Below are positions 20,803-30,891 of a stretch of 64,000 nt of DNA, one piece after another. The notes beneath the pieces are model-generated. The model worked only from the letters and a program-made list of their open reading frames with translations, ran no database searches and had not been told where the DNA came from. This DNA comes from an uncultured Gammaproteobacteria bacterium. GTDB taxonomy: Bacteria; Pseudomonadota; Gammaproteobacteria; JASBUN01. The stretch is from assembly GCA_963849825.1 (NCBI GenBank), contig CAWKIK010000003.1, positions 592,813-656,812 on the forward strand, written 5' to 3'. Both the position numbers and the translations under genes were made by a program. The stretch's first letter is position 1. Each line of letters begins with the position of its first letter.

Positions 20803-21435
20803 TCACGCAGGGCCGTGCGGGGTCATGTTCATCTCGAACATGTGACCGTGCCCTTGCGTCCACTCGCGTGCCATCGCCCCCTGCAGTTGCGCACGGCTGT
20901 TGCCGTACTCCGCCCGCCGGTATTCGAATCCATGGGGTAACGAAACCTGCACCCGATGCGGCTCGCCGGTCACGGGATTGCGAATCGGCTCATCCGCCAC
21001 GTCGACCAGCCCCGGCACGCGGAAACTCCCCGTGCAGGCATCGATATCCGCCTCGAACTGGATCGGCGCGATCCGCGGCTCATGCATGGTTTCGAAGGTC
21101 GCGGCGAACACATTGAATACCGTTGCGCCGGGCTCGGTTTCCTGGCCAGAGAGGATGTTCAGCAAGGCGGCACGCTGCTCCTCTGTGGTGTTTTCATCGA
21201 GTATCGGTAACACCTGCCCGTGCCCTTCATGGATAGCGCCAGGCCACAAGGCGATCGCGGCGAACTTGGCGTTGTCCAAATCCACGCTGCCGAAATGTCC
21301 TGACTTGATGTGCATCGCGAACGCGGCGTGACAGTCGCCGTGGGAAGGTCGGCTGTTGAACTGGCAAGGACAACCCCAGTCGCAATTACACGCTGCTACG
21401 AATGGTCCGCGAATATTCCAATCTTTATAGGCCAT
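20803..21435 (-). CDS. DUF1326 domain protein
   Basis: Hallmark CNCDWGCPCQF motif. Confidence 0.7.
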   Translation of the reverse strand: MAYKDWNIRGPFVAACNCDWGCPCQFNSRPSHGDCHAAFAMHIKSGHFGSVDLDNAKFAAIALWPGAIHEGHGQVLPILDENTTEEQRAALLNILSGQETEPGATVFNVFAATFETMHEPRIAPIQFEADIDACTGSFRVPGLVDVADEPIRNPVTGEPHRVQVSLPHGFEYRRAEYGNSRAQLQGAMAREWTQGHGHMFEMNMTPHGPA

Positions 21436-21508
21436 TGCTCTACCTCCGTAGTGCAGATTTCGGTCGTTACAGGCGGCGTACGCCGTCCACGGGTAACGGC
21501 CTGGCGTG

Positions 21509-22279
21509 TCAGATCAAACCGCCGATGATCGTCGCACCCCACACCAACAGCGCGACGCCCGCGATCCGACCCAGCCACTGCCCGGCGGGCAGTACTTTTT
21601 CCAATAGCACAAACGCTGCCAAAACCGCTGCCCAGAGCAGGTCCATCACGCCGCTGACGAACAGCAGCAACATCAACACCCAGCAGCAACCGACGCAATA
21701 CGCGCCGTGTACCAGGCCGAGACGCAAAATGCCGCGCAGCCCGGGCCGCCAATTTGCCAACAGAAACATCAACGGCGAGCGGCAATGCGCCAGACAGCGG
21801 GACTTCAGCGGCGTCCATTGGTATATTCCCGCCGCCATCAAGACCACGGCCGCGCTCACCGGCCGCGTCAAGCCGTCCTCGGAGAGCAAACGTGCGCTCT
21901 GCAGGCTGCCCTGCAACAGCGTCGCTACGGCGGAGAACGCGGTCCAGATGATGAGATAGCCGAGGATGAAGAACGCAGTTCTGATGTTGGAATTACCGGG
22001 CGCCCGCGACACCAGCAACACAACGGGCGCCGCGCTGGGCAGCATCATGCCGGCCATCATCACCGTCCACATGAGAAAAGCCAGCCAAGCGGTGGTAAAG
22101 CTCCAGGGTTCGGGCACAGACGACATACCCGACATCCCGTCCGCACCCGACATGCCGCGGGATATGTCGAGCAGATACACCCAGGCCAGTATCGTCAACG
22201 CGAGCAACGCGCCGAGCACCAGCCATGTCTGCCAGCGCGCACCGGGAGCCAGCCGGACCATGGTTGCAGGTCGGGACAT
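21509..22279 (-). CDS. DUF2182 metal-binding integral membrane protein (usual partner of DUF1326)
   Basis: Start ATG at 22279 with a GAAGGAG Shine-Dalgarno. Polytopic protein. Confidence 0.65.
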   Translation of the reverse strand: MSRPATMVRLAPGARWQTWLVLGALLALTILAWVYLLDISRGMSGADGMSGMSSVPEPWSFTTAWLAFLMWTVMMAGMMLPSAAPVVLLVSRAPGNSNIRTAFFILGYLIIWTAFSAVATLLQGSLQSARLLSEDGLTRPVSAAVVLMAAGIYQWTPLKSRCLAHCRSPLMFLLANWRPGLRGILRLGLVHGAYCVGCCWVLMLLLFVSGVMDLLWAAVLAAFVLLEKVLPAGQWLGRIAGVALLVWGATIIGGLI

Positions 22280-22540
22280 TGCCGCCGCTCCTTCGCTCAA
22301 TGGTGAACGCAACGTCGAGAGCCGACGGGCCACCGCGGAAAAATTCCAGAGGGCCTGAGTATAGCAGTGGTCCGGCGGTTGTGAGGCCGGCGCACGGCGT
22401 AACGCCATACCACGGGCGACAGGAATTGGTTTGCGAGGTACTGTATGGTCGTTGAGAACTTTTGCCGCCGCGGTTTGCCGCGGTGCAAAAAAACGGGGCG
22501 GTACACACCGCCCCGTTCTTATTGCGCGTAGTTTTAACGG

Positions 22541-23245
22541 CTACTCGTAGTAGTAATAGGCATAAGGCTGATAGATCAACTGCGGCTGCAGCTTGGTGGA
22601 ATACGGCAGCCCCTGGTAATAGCGCCAGCCGTCCTTGTCCTGATCCGTGATCTGTCCGTCATGATTCAAGTCCAGCGGCCCATCCAGATTGAAATCGACT
22701 TTGGTCTGGCCGACGAAGCCCTGCCAAATGTTGCGCACGTGGGTGTAGCCCGCAGCGGTCAGCAGGTTAGCCGCCAGCACGCTGCGGTGCCCGGTTCTGC
22801 AAAGGGTGTAGATCGCCGTGTCCTTATTCGGGAACGCTTGCTCGACCGCAGCGACGAATTCGGCATCCGGTTGCGGTACCCTGGCGCCTCCGCCGATACA
22901 CGCGCCGTCCGGAGAACGTTCCGTGCAGGGTTGATAAATGAAAGGATACGGAATGTTGGTTGCACCCTCAGGGTGGCCGGCAACGTATTCGGGAATGCTG
23001 CGCACGTCGACGATCACCGCGCGGGGCTTACCGTGCTTTGCACCCTGATGATGACCATGATCCCAGCCATCGTCATCCACGGCTCGCACGTAGGCTTCCG
23101 CGGCACTGATCTCGGAATGGTAGTTATGGGGCAGGCAATAGCGGTTGGTCGGCTCGGCGCAATCGTCCGCCAGCGCCGGGACCGCGGCCACTGCCAGAAA
23201 CGCTCCGACAATGACGATGCTTGTAGCGTTTTTTGCTTTTCTCAC
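22541..23245 (-). CDS. secreted rhodanese-domain sulfurtransferase with Tyr-rich C-terminal tail
   Basis: Signal peptide. Rhodanese core with active-site loop CRTGHRS. C-terminal tail ...IYQPYAYYYYE. Confidence 0.75.
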   Translation of the reverse strand: MRKAKNATSIVIVGAFLAVAAVPALADDCAEPTNRYCLPHNYHSEISAAEAYVRAVDDDGWDHGHHQGAKHGKPRAVIVDVRSIPEYVAGHPEGATNIPYPFIYQPCTERSPDGACIGGGARVPQPDAEFVAAVEQAFPNKDTAIYTLCRTGHRSVLAANLLTAAGYTHVRNIWQGFVGQTKVDFNLDGPLDLNHDGQITDQDKDGWRYYQGLPYSTKLQPQLIYQPYAYYYYE

Positions 23246-23657
23246 AATTGACTCCTTCAGGGATTGCTCGCATTGTTGTTAGAGTTGATCCAGCGGATCA
23301 AAAAATAAGCTAGTGAATTTCACCCATGGCCACAATGGGCATATGCACAGTCGATGTTCGCGCCGTTTTGCGGTGAAGCTGTCCGCCCCGGCGCGAAAAG
23401 CGGGGTGCGTCCGCACACCACGGGTGCTACCACGCTCGAAATATTTCACAGGATGAAAACGGCGACCGAAAGGGTGCCCGGGGCCTGGTGATGCTTGATC
23501 GTGCGGCTTGGGTATTTGTGCCCGAATGATGCAGGCACGCGACTGCGGCTGCGCACCGTGAACCGGGACGCAGCGCAGATGGAGAGGCGAACCAATAGCG
23601 ATTTTTTCGTTTAGGACTACTGCAACTGTTATTGCAGACGTTGGTTCGCGATCATGT

Positions 23658-23876
23658 CTACCGAGGGTTGGAACCGGACGGCTTGCAGGTATTGATGCCG
23701 AGAATCGAGTTCGCGGGACAGTATCCGACGATCGCCGTCAGCAGCGCAATCGCGGCGATCACGAACACGACGATTTGCCAAGCCGCATTCAGCGGTGCAA
23801 AAAATCCAACCAGCAGCAACACGACACCGAGCACGATGCGCGCAGTGCGGTCCATACCGCCAACATTGCATTTCAT
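23658..23876 (-). CDS. DUF2892 (YgaP-like) small membrane protein
   Basis: Start at 23876 with an AGAGGAA Shine-Dalgarno. Motif GMDRTARIVLG. Confidence 0.6.
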   Translation of the reverse strand: MKCNVGGMDRTARIVLGVVLLLVGFFAPLNAAWQIVVFVIAAIALLTAIVGYCPANSILGINTCKPSGSNPR

Positions 23877-24011
23877 ATCGCATTCCTCTGTGAACAACGG
23901 TTCATCGAGCGTCGCCGATGCGAGGCTCGTTACCGCTACAGTCTAGCAGCGCAAATCCACATCTGGGGCGGCCTGGTGCGCTCGCCAGGATCTGGCGGTG
24001 CAGGTTCCGGC

Positions 24012-24353
24012 TCAGCGCGTGTGCCGGGCATAAGTCTGCTTATCCATATCCACAACTTCCACTGTGACCGATTCGGCATCCCAGCCCTGGTCGCACAATG
24101 CGGTGAGCACCGCGCCGCTGAGAAGCCGTTTCTGGGTCGCGTCTCGACCGCTGTGGATACGCAACTGCGCATGCACGAACGGCGCACGACTCGTCCCGGT
24201 ACGATAGAACTCCACCGGTATGGCGCGCGTTCGGATATGACTTTGTTCGAAAAGGCCGGTTGCATAAGCAGCGTCGTGCACGGCGTCCAGCATTTGCGTA
24301 ACCTGGTCTGCGGTGGCCAACTCCTGGGCGTATTCGATGATCAAGTGAGGCAT
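24012..24353 (-). CDS. 5-carboxymethyl-2-hydroxymuconate isomerase (CHMI) family protein
   Basis: N-terminus MPHLIIEYAQ matches E. coli HpcD MPHFIVEC. Length fits. Confidence 0.7.
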   Translation of the reverse strand: MPHLIIEYAQELATADQVTQMLDAVHDAAYATGLFEQSHIRTRAIPVEFYRTGTSRAPFVHAQLRIHSGRDATQKRLLSGAVLTALCDQGWDAESVTVEVVDMDKQTYARHTR

Positions 24354-24647
24354 GCAGGACTCTTGTCATTGCGCCGGCGTACTGAAACCGATCCCCGGGC
24401 CGGCACCCCGGTGGCTGCAAGTCTACCGTAACCGGCGCGACAGCGTTGGCAGGCGGCGCTGTCAGGCGCTACATGCCGGCCGCTCCACCACTGGGCCAGT
24501 ATGATGCGGACACAGCCCGTGGATTTTCCCCACCAGAATCGATGCCCTTCGCGTATCTGAGCGGGCGCCGATCGGATCGCCGTGCCGTCTGGTAAGCACT
24601 GCCCGCCACGCCACGCAGACTGCCATTCGCGCCGCAACGCCTTGCGC

Positions 24648-26252
24648 TCAAGGAACCCGAGTCGCGCTGTTGGCGTGCGGCGGACGAAATGCCGCCGCGT
24701 TGATACCAAGAGACTTGAGCTTCATGTGCACCGCGCGCGGCGTCACCGACATTTCGCGGGCTACGGCAGTGACATTGCCATTGAACTTGCGTAGGGCCGC
24801 GACAATGAGATTCGCCTCGGTCTCGCGCAGCGCTTGACGCCGTGCGTCACGCAGGTTCGCCGGCGCGTGCGCGTAAGCCGTAGGCGCGTCGATCTTCAGA
24901 TCATCGATCACAACGCCGCGTGCGAATAAAAACGCGCGCTCCAACACGTTCTCCAGTTCCCGCAAGTTGCCGGGCCAATCGTAACGCAGCAGCTTCGACC
25001 AGGCTCTGTTGTTGAATGTTTTCGGAGCAGTGGCGTATTGCTCTGCCAGGCGACCCATAAAGTGGTGAACCAGGGGCGACAGATCGTCGGGGCGCTCGCG
25101 CAGCGGCGGTATCTGAATCGGCACTACATTGAGGCGATAGAAGAGATCGCGCCGGAAACGGCCTTCGGCGACGGCGCGCTCCAGATCCTGATTGGACGCG
25201 GCGACGATGCGCACGTCTGTAGCCAAGGTCTGCCGGCCGCCGACCCGTTCGAACTGCCCCTCCTGCAATACGCGCAGCAATCGCGCTTGTGCCGATACAG
25301 GCAGGCAGTCGATTTCATCGAGAAACAGCGTGCCGCCGTTGGTACGTTCGAAATAACCGTGATGGACGTCGTAGGCATCCGTGAACGCGCCTTTTTCGTG
25401 GCCGAACAAAGTGCTTTCGATCAAATTTTCGGGAATCGCACCACAATTCACCGCCAACAACTCCCGGCCGGTACGATCACTCATGGCATGAATGGCGCGT
25501 GCGATCACTTCCTTGCCGACTCCGGTCTCGCCGCTGATCAATACCGTGGCCCGGGTCGGCGCCACCACCTCGACCGCCTCCAGCACGTTCCGCATTGCCG
25601 CGGATTCTGCGATCACCGCCGGCGCCGGATGGGCCGGGCGCGCCCCTCCGGGAATCGCCGGACACCACACCTCGCGCAGTTTCGCTTCCACACGCGCACG
25701 CACGGTCGTCGACGCCGAGCGGGATACGATCTTGTCGCCGTCGCAGTGATACTCGTCGCCCGGCTTGTTCTCCGCCGTGGCCGGGTCGATGTATACGTAA
25801 ACTTCACAGCAATCGTCATGGGTTGCGATGCGCTTGCGCAGTTCGACCTTACCGTAGCCGAAATTGCGCGCCGCGATGCCGCCGAATACGCTTGCCGTCA
25901 TGCGGCACAGTTCCGGCGCAGCGCGCACGTTGTCGCCGAACGGGCAGCAACTGTTGCGCACCCGGATGACGCCCGGTTCAGATGAGGTGCGGGCGAAATT
26001 TCCGCCGATCTGGTTCTTTAAGGTGACAATCAAACTGGCATATTGATCGGGCGTTATGGGCCCGCTGCCTGAATAACCTAAGCACGACCGGGCACCTTCC
26101 TCCAGGCACTGGCTGGCCGCCAAGCCGACCCGTTCGACGTATTCCTGAGTACCGCTGCCGTCCCCCGCCGCAGTGGTTACGCGCACGCTTTCGGCGATGA
26201 ACGCTTGCAGAAAAGTGATCGGATCGAGGGGCTTGCGGGAATCGCTCGACAT
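24648..26252 (-). CDS. sigma-54-dependent Fis-family transcriptional activator with Cys-rich N-terminal sensory domain
   Basis: AAA+ motifs [15 protein letters not shown] and [13 protein letters not shown], plus a C-terminal helix-turn-helix. The N-terminal ~200 aa carries many Cys (SCCPFGD, DDCCEVY), as in V4R/FisR-type sensors. Confidence 0.85.
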   Translation of the reverse strand: MSSDSRKPLDPITFLQAFIAESVRVTTAAGDGSGTQEYVERVGLAASQCLEEGARSCLGYSGSGPITPDQYASLIVTLKNQIGGNFARTSSEPGVIRVRNSCCPFGDNVRAAPELCRMTASVFGGIAARNFGYGKVELRKRIATHDDCCEVYVYIDPATAENKPGDEYHCDGDKIVSRSASTTVRARVEAKLREVWCPAIPGGARPAHPAPAVIAESAAMRNVLEAVEVVAPTRATVLISGETGVGKEVIARAIHAMSDRTGRELLAVNCGAIPENLIESTLFGHEKGAFTDAYDVHHGYFERTNGGTLFLDEIDCLPVSAQARLLRVLQEGQFERVGGRQTLATDVRIVAASNQDLERAVAEGRFRRDLFYRLNVVPIQIPPLRERPDDLSPLVHHFMGRLAEQYATAPKTFNNRAWSKLLRYDWPGNLRELENVLERAFLFARGVVIDDLKIDAPTAYAHAPANLRDARRQALRETEANLIVAALRKFNGNVTAVAREMSVTPRAVHMKLKSLGINAAAFRPPHANSATRVP

Positions 26253-26374
26253 CTGCGCACCCCCTTTTGGTTCAGTACGACTTCATCAATATAGCCGATC
26301 GACGGCCGGCGCGGGGCATGGCAAACGTGGAGCCCCTCACCGAAACCATCGGTGAGGGGCAGTTTACCAGCGGT

Positions 26375-26602
26375 TCAATGACAGCAAGGGCAGCCCGGGC
26401 CGTGCCTCGCAGGTTGCGGTTCCAGGCTCTGCGCGGCCATTTCCCGCCCTCGGGCCATATAGCCGTGCACTGCCGGAGCTGCGAGGAAGACACGTCTCGC
26501 CTCGGCACCGCACCGCGGGCACGGCGGCGCAACTTCGCTCATGCCGTGACGGGCCTCGAAGCACGTATCACAACGGCCACAACGGTAATCATACGATGGC
26601 AT
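26375..26602 (-). CDS. FmdB-family zinc-ribbon protein
   Basis: MPSYDYRCGRCD...CPRCG...CPCC. Start at the internal ATG at 26602. Confidence 0.6.
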   Translation of the reverse strand: MPSYDYRCGRCDTCFEARHGMSEVAPPCPRCGAEARRVFLAAPAVHGYMARGREMAAQSLEPQPARHGPGCPCCH

Positions 26603-26620
26603 GGCAGACTCCAAGGACGC

Positions 26621-27274
26621 TCAAGCCCAACGCGCCGGCTGCGCCGCTTTGACGCCGAACTGCTTGGCGGTCACGTCGGTCCGGGCACGCTTTTCAGCCT
26701 CTTGGGTGGGCGGCCGCAACCGCCGGGTCTCCACTTCCCAAATCCAACCGCTTACGGTTACGTCCTTGGGAATCAGGGGGTGGTTCTTGAACGCTTCCAC
26801 GGTTTTCATGCACGCTTGATCAACGTCATCCATCATGCCGATCCATTTCGCAAACGCGCCCTTGTCGAGCTTGAGTTCGGGCAGGGACGGATCGAGCGTC
26901 ACTTCGTCGGGATCGATGCCTTTCTTGCGCAGTGCCTCCACCAGATCGTCGGCGTTGGCCGACAACATGCCGCACTGGGTGTGCTGGACGATGACGATTT
27001 CCTTGGTGCCGAAGAAATTGCAAGTCAGCATGGCCGAGCGCACCGCATCGTCGGTGACGATACCGCCGGCGTTGCGAAAACAGTGCGCGTCTCCGCCGCC
27101 GACCGGCGAATCCACGCGGATGCCCAACGCCTCGTCCACGGGCAGGCGCTCGTCCATGCACGCCAGGACCCACAGACGCCGATTGTTGGGTCCATCTGCG
27201 CCGTAACGCCGCCGGGTGGCCCAGTGATCATAGGCTTTGGATCGGCTTTCCAATTCTTCTTTCAAAGTTGCCAT
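26621..27274 (-). CDS. beta-class carbonic anhydrase, clade D (Rv1284/COS-hydrolase-like)
   Basis: CMDER, FRNAGGIVTDD and HTQCGM zinc-ligand motifs. C-terminal ~40-aa extension. Confidence 0.8.
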   Translation of the reverse strand: MATLKEELESRSKAYDHWATRRRYGADGPNNRRLWVLACMDERLPVDEALGIRVDSPVGGGDAHCFRNAGGIVTDDAVRSAMLTCNFFGTKEIVIVQHTQCGMLSANADDLVEALRKKGIDPDEVTLDPSLPELKLDKGAFAKWIGMMDDVDQACMKTVEAFKNHPLIPKDVTVSGWIWEVETRRLRPPTQEAEKRARTDVTAKQFGVKAAQPARWA

Positions 27275-27544
27275 TAACGTCTCCTCCGGATGTAATCATG
27301 TGTACGCCGCAGCGCGGCATGTTGTCGAAGCAGCTTGTGTGCCAGACAGGTACCGCCAATAAATACAACGGCTTGGCGGAAGCGGAGAATGCGTATGGAA
27401 GCCCGGATACGGGGGCGCACACCTAAGCGCCTGTGACAGCGTCGATTTCGGTCCGGGAAGCAATAGTTCGCATTGTGAAGATTGGCTTCCCGGTGGGCCC
27501 GTCGGTGCAGCCGGTGTACCCGGCGGGCCGGCGCGGCCCGAGCC

Positions 27545-27560
27545 TGGTGAAGCGAGCGCA
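27545..27560 (+). promoter_or_regulatory. weak sigma-54 (-24/-12) promoter candidate upstream of the persulfide dioxygenase gene
   Basis: TGGTGA-N5-GCGCA has the correct GG..GC spacing but poor consensus. Speculative. Confidence 0.15.
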
Positions 27561-27642
27561 AACCCCGCGCGCACGTGCTGCGACCGAGGTCTCGCCTGCT
27601 AGACTGCGAAGCAGTCCACCACCATGAAAGGGAATCTCAGGC

Positions 27643-28404
27643 ATGATTTTTCGACAGCTTTTCGAGCCCGTTTCCAGCACTTATACCTATCTGCTCGGCT
27701 GCGAAGATACCGGCCAGGCGCTGTTGATCGACCCGGTGTTGCCGACCTGGCAGCGGGACCTGGAAACCGTGAACGATCTAGGCCTTCGGCTGGCCTATAC
27801 CCTGGACACACACATCCACGCCGATCACATTACCTCGGCGTCCACTCTGCGCCGCGAAGCTGGCAGCCGCATTGCCCATCCGGCGATCGACAAGCTCGAG
27901 TGCGTCGACATCGGGATCGAGGAAGGCACTCCCTTTGAAATGGGCAGCGTTCGGCTGGACCCGTTGTTCACGCCCGGACATACCGACGGCCATCATGCCT
28001 ACCGCATCCGCGACCAGCTCAGCGACCGTGTGTTCAGCGGTGACGCCTTACTGATCGAAGCCTGTGGTCGCACCGACTTCCAAAACGGCGACGCGCCTAC
28101 GCTCTATCGCAGCATCCATGAAAAGTTATTTTCCCTGACGGACGACGCCCTGGTCTTCCCTGCTCATGACTACGAGGGCCGCCATGTGACCAGCATCGGT
28201 CAGGAGAAGAGCCGCAACCCGCGTTTGGGTAACAACAAGCCCATGGACGAATTCGTCAAGATCATGGAGGAAATGGATTTGCCGTACCCGAAGTTCATCG
28301 ACCATGCGGTGCCCGGCAATCGTCAGTGCGGGGTCTGCCCGCCGGATCTGCCCAACCACCTGCAAGAATATTGCGAAGCATCCGGAGACAGTCGCCAGGG
28401 TTGA
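27643..28404 (+). CDS. persulfide dioxygenase (ETHE1-like MBL-fold sulfur dioxygenase)
   Basis: N-terminus MIFRQLFEPVSSTYTYLLGCEDTGQALLIDPV...HIHADHITSA closely parallels human ETHE1 (RQMFEPVSCTFTYLLGD...HCHADHITG). Confidence 0.85.
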   Translation: MIFRQLFEPVSSTYTYLLGCEDTGQALLIDPVLPTWQRDLETVNDLGLRLAYTLDTHIHADHITSASTLRREAGSRIAHPAIDKLECVDIGIEEGTPFEMGSVRLDPLFTPGHTDGHHAYRIRDQLSDRVFSGDALLIEACGRTDFQNGDAPTLYRSIHEKLFSLTDDALVFPAHDYEGRHVTSIGQEKSRNPRLGNNKPMDEFVKIMEEMDLPYPKFIDHAVPGNRQCGVCPPDLPNHLQEYCEASGDSRQG

Positions 28405-28431
28405 GCCCGGCGGCAAACGCCGGCATCGCGA

Positions 28432-29205
28432 TCAACCCGCCGGCTTGCGGATCAAATCCCGAGCGCCGGAAACAGAAAGTCTGCCGAAATAGGGTTTGAT
28501 CTCCTCGAACAAATACAGCAGACCATCGTAGGTTTGGGCATCAGCAAGCGTTGCGGAACCCGGCACCAATGTCGCATTTTCGAGCGCGAGAGTAGCGGCC
28601 GATCCCGCTCCAAATGTGATTTCGATATGGGTAGCATGTTCCCGCGCAGTCCAACCGAACCGCTTGGCGACCATATTGGCGACGGTCGCCACTTTGGGCT
28701 TTTCGTTGCGGGAATGCAGTTCGCCATCCCAGTGCAGCGTCGCACCGCGCCCGCTTGTGTCCTGCCACCAATACACGATGCTCAGGATCCAACCGCACAA
28801 GTGCAGCAATCCCAGGTAACCCAGGGCGAACACGAACAGCACTGCGATCAGGTGATTGGTTTCCGGTTTGCCGATACCGGCAAGCAACAAGGCCAACGCG
28901 ATCCCCGCCGTGACCAGGCACACATCCGCCGGTACCATGGCGACGATCAGCGCCTTCTGTCGACCTGGGCGCGGGGGTCGCGGGGCAGAGCCGAGCCTGC
29001 CGATCAAAGCTAGTTTGACCGCGGCGAGGTATGCGGACAACGCGACCATGATCGCCAAAAGATTGGACCCGTCATGCGCTATCGGCAGTGTCAGCTTTGT
29101 GCCTTGATACAAAGCCACAACACACACGATGCAGCCCGCGCCGAGCAGGCACAGTGATAATTTCCTCGTATACCACGCCACCATAAATCGCCCTCCGTGT
29201 GCCAC
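28432..29205 (-). CDS. hypothetical membrane protein (4 TM plus soluble C-terminal domain)
   Basis: ORF only. No family recognised. Confidence 0.4.
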   Translation of the reverse strand: MAHGGRFMVAWYTRKLSLCLLGAGCIVCVVALYQGTKLTLPIAHDGSNLLAIMVALSAYLAAVKLALIGRLGSAPRPPRPGRQKALIVAMVPADVCLVTAGIALALLLAGIGKPETNHLIAVLFVFALGYLGLLHLCGWILSIVYWWQDTSGRGATLHWDGELHSRNEKPKVATVANMVAKRFGWTAREHATHIEITFGAGSAATLALENATLVPGSATLADAQTYDGLLYLFEEIKPYFGRLSVSGARDLIRKPAG

Positions 29206-29474
29206 CGATGACCGGACGTTTGCTGTACGTTTGCGCGTGAACCGATCATAACTCGTCGCAATCTCCTTACGTACTGTCGAGATTTACACGAACGGCCGCC
29301 GCTGTTGCGATCCATCGCTGTTGTCGAAATTGCGAGCGCATCGCAGGCGCACGAAGTGCCGTATGCACCTCGGTCGTTGGTTACACTTGTCCCCCCGGAC
29401 ACCACGAGTCGACCCGGCGCGCACTCACGGGTGCGTGGGATGGTCAACACCGGGTCAACCCGGAGGAGGCCACT

Positions 29475-29713
29475 ATGGACACCTATATCGTTCGGCGTCG
29501 GCGCGGGTAGGCGACGAGGAGATGCCCGAGGAAGTTCGCTGGCTCCGCTCTTATGTCATCGACGAGGGAGACGGAAAGCTCGGCACGGTGTGCGTCTATC
29601 AGGCAGCAGGCCCCGACGCACTGCAGGAACATGCGCGCCGCGCAAGCCTGCCGGCGGATGAGGTTTTACCGGTGGTGGACACTTTGATCGTACGCGGCGA
29701 CCCGACGAAATAA
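29475..29713 (+). pseudogene. DUF4242-family gene with an apparent -1 frameshift and internal shortening
   Basis: ATG at 29475 has a GGAGGAGG Shine-Dalgarno and encodes MDTYIVRRRRG*. The DUF4242 core (VRWLRSYV...VCVYQAAGPDALQEHARRASLPADEV) continues in the -1 frame from about 29500. Confidence 0.45.
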
Positions 29714-29783
29714 AGTGCCCGCGCCAACGACGATGAAATGGGCATACGCGGGACCCGATGCCCGCGTATGCCATCGCGGCAGA

Positions 29784-30671
29784 TTACTGGACCTTGCTCT
29801 GAACCCAGCGTCGCAGGCGGTTGGAATCGCCGAACGGCGTCAACTTACCGAAGGAATCGAGAAATACGATATACAGCGGATGATCGGCGATATCCGCCTG
29901 CATCACCAGGCAACGACCGGCTTCGTTGATGAAGCCAGTCTTGCTGAGTCCGATGTCCCAGCTGTCGCGCCGCACCAAACGATTGGTGTTGCCGAAACGC
30001 AAGCCGCCGCGTCCCTTGAATGGATGGACGGTCATGAACGCAGTCGTGGTCGCCTCCCGGATCAACGGATAGCCTTGAGCGGCCCGTATCATTTTCACCA
30101 GGTCGCGCGCTGAAGAAACCGTTGCGGGGTCCAACCCCGCGGGGCCGGCGAAATGACTGTCATGCATGCCCAGGGATTGCGCTTTGCGATTCATGGCGGC
30201 GATGAACGCTTTGCGACCGCCGGGATAAGTACGCGCCAACGCCATCGCCGCGCGGTTTTCCGACGCTAACAGCGCCAGACGAAGCATCTCGTCTCGGGTC
30301 AAGGTTGCACCGTAGCGCAGGCGCGAACCGGTCAGTTTGATGATGTCGCGGTCGGCCTTGGTGATCGTAATCCGTTCGTCCAATGGCAAGCCGCTGTCCA
30401 ATACCACCATGGCGGTCATCAATTTCGTGATGGACGCGATCGGACGTGTCTGGTCGTCGTGCTTGGCGTAGATCACATTGCCGGAACGGTCCACCACCAG
30501 AGCGGCCGCCGAACGCAAATTGAGGTCATCGGGATCCAGTGCATCCCAGGGGGTTTCCGCCGTCGCGGCCATCGGCTCCTGGGCCGACAGCTTGGCCATC
30601 TGGACGGCGGGACCGTCCGCAAACGCGGCCGACGCGAACAGAAAACCGAAAATCAGCAAATGCTTCTTCAT
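29784..30671 (-). CDS. D-alanyl-D-alanine carboxypeptidase/endopeptidase (PBP7/PbpG-like, class C LMM PBP)
   Basis: Signal peptide. SITKLMTAMV (SxxK) active site. Confidence 0.8.
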   Translation of the reverse strand: MKKHLLIFGFLFASAAFADGPAVQMAKLSAQEPMAATAETPWDALDPDDLNLRSAAALVVDRSGNVIYAKHDDQTRPIASITKLMTAMVVLDSGLPLDERITITKADRDIIKLTGSRLRYGATLTRDEMLRLALLASENRAAMALARTYPGGRKAFIAAMNRKAQSLGMHDSHFAGPAGLDPATVSSARDLVKMIRAAQGYPLIREATTTAFMTVHPFKGRGGLRFGNTNRLVRRDSWDIGLSKTGFINEAGRCLVMQADIADHPLYIVFLDSFGKLTPFGDSNRLRRWVQSKVQ

Positions 30672-30891
30672 TTTCCACAATCCTTTTGCACATGCCGGGC
30701 ATTTCACACGTTCCTAGTGCGGATGTAAACTGCTGTGCACAAACTATTTATCGACCGCTGCAAATTTTCTTGAAGCGCCAAATTCGCAGCCTTTCTTAAC
30801 CAGTTTGAAAGTGTGGCTGAATTCACGTGGAAAGGCTGGCGTCACCCGCGCTTTACGCTAGCGGACGACCGGCTTCCGACTTGAGCGCTCG

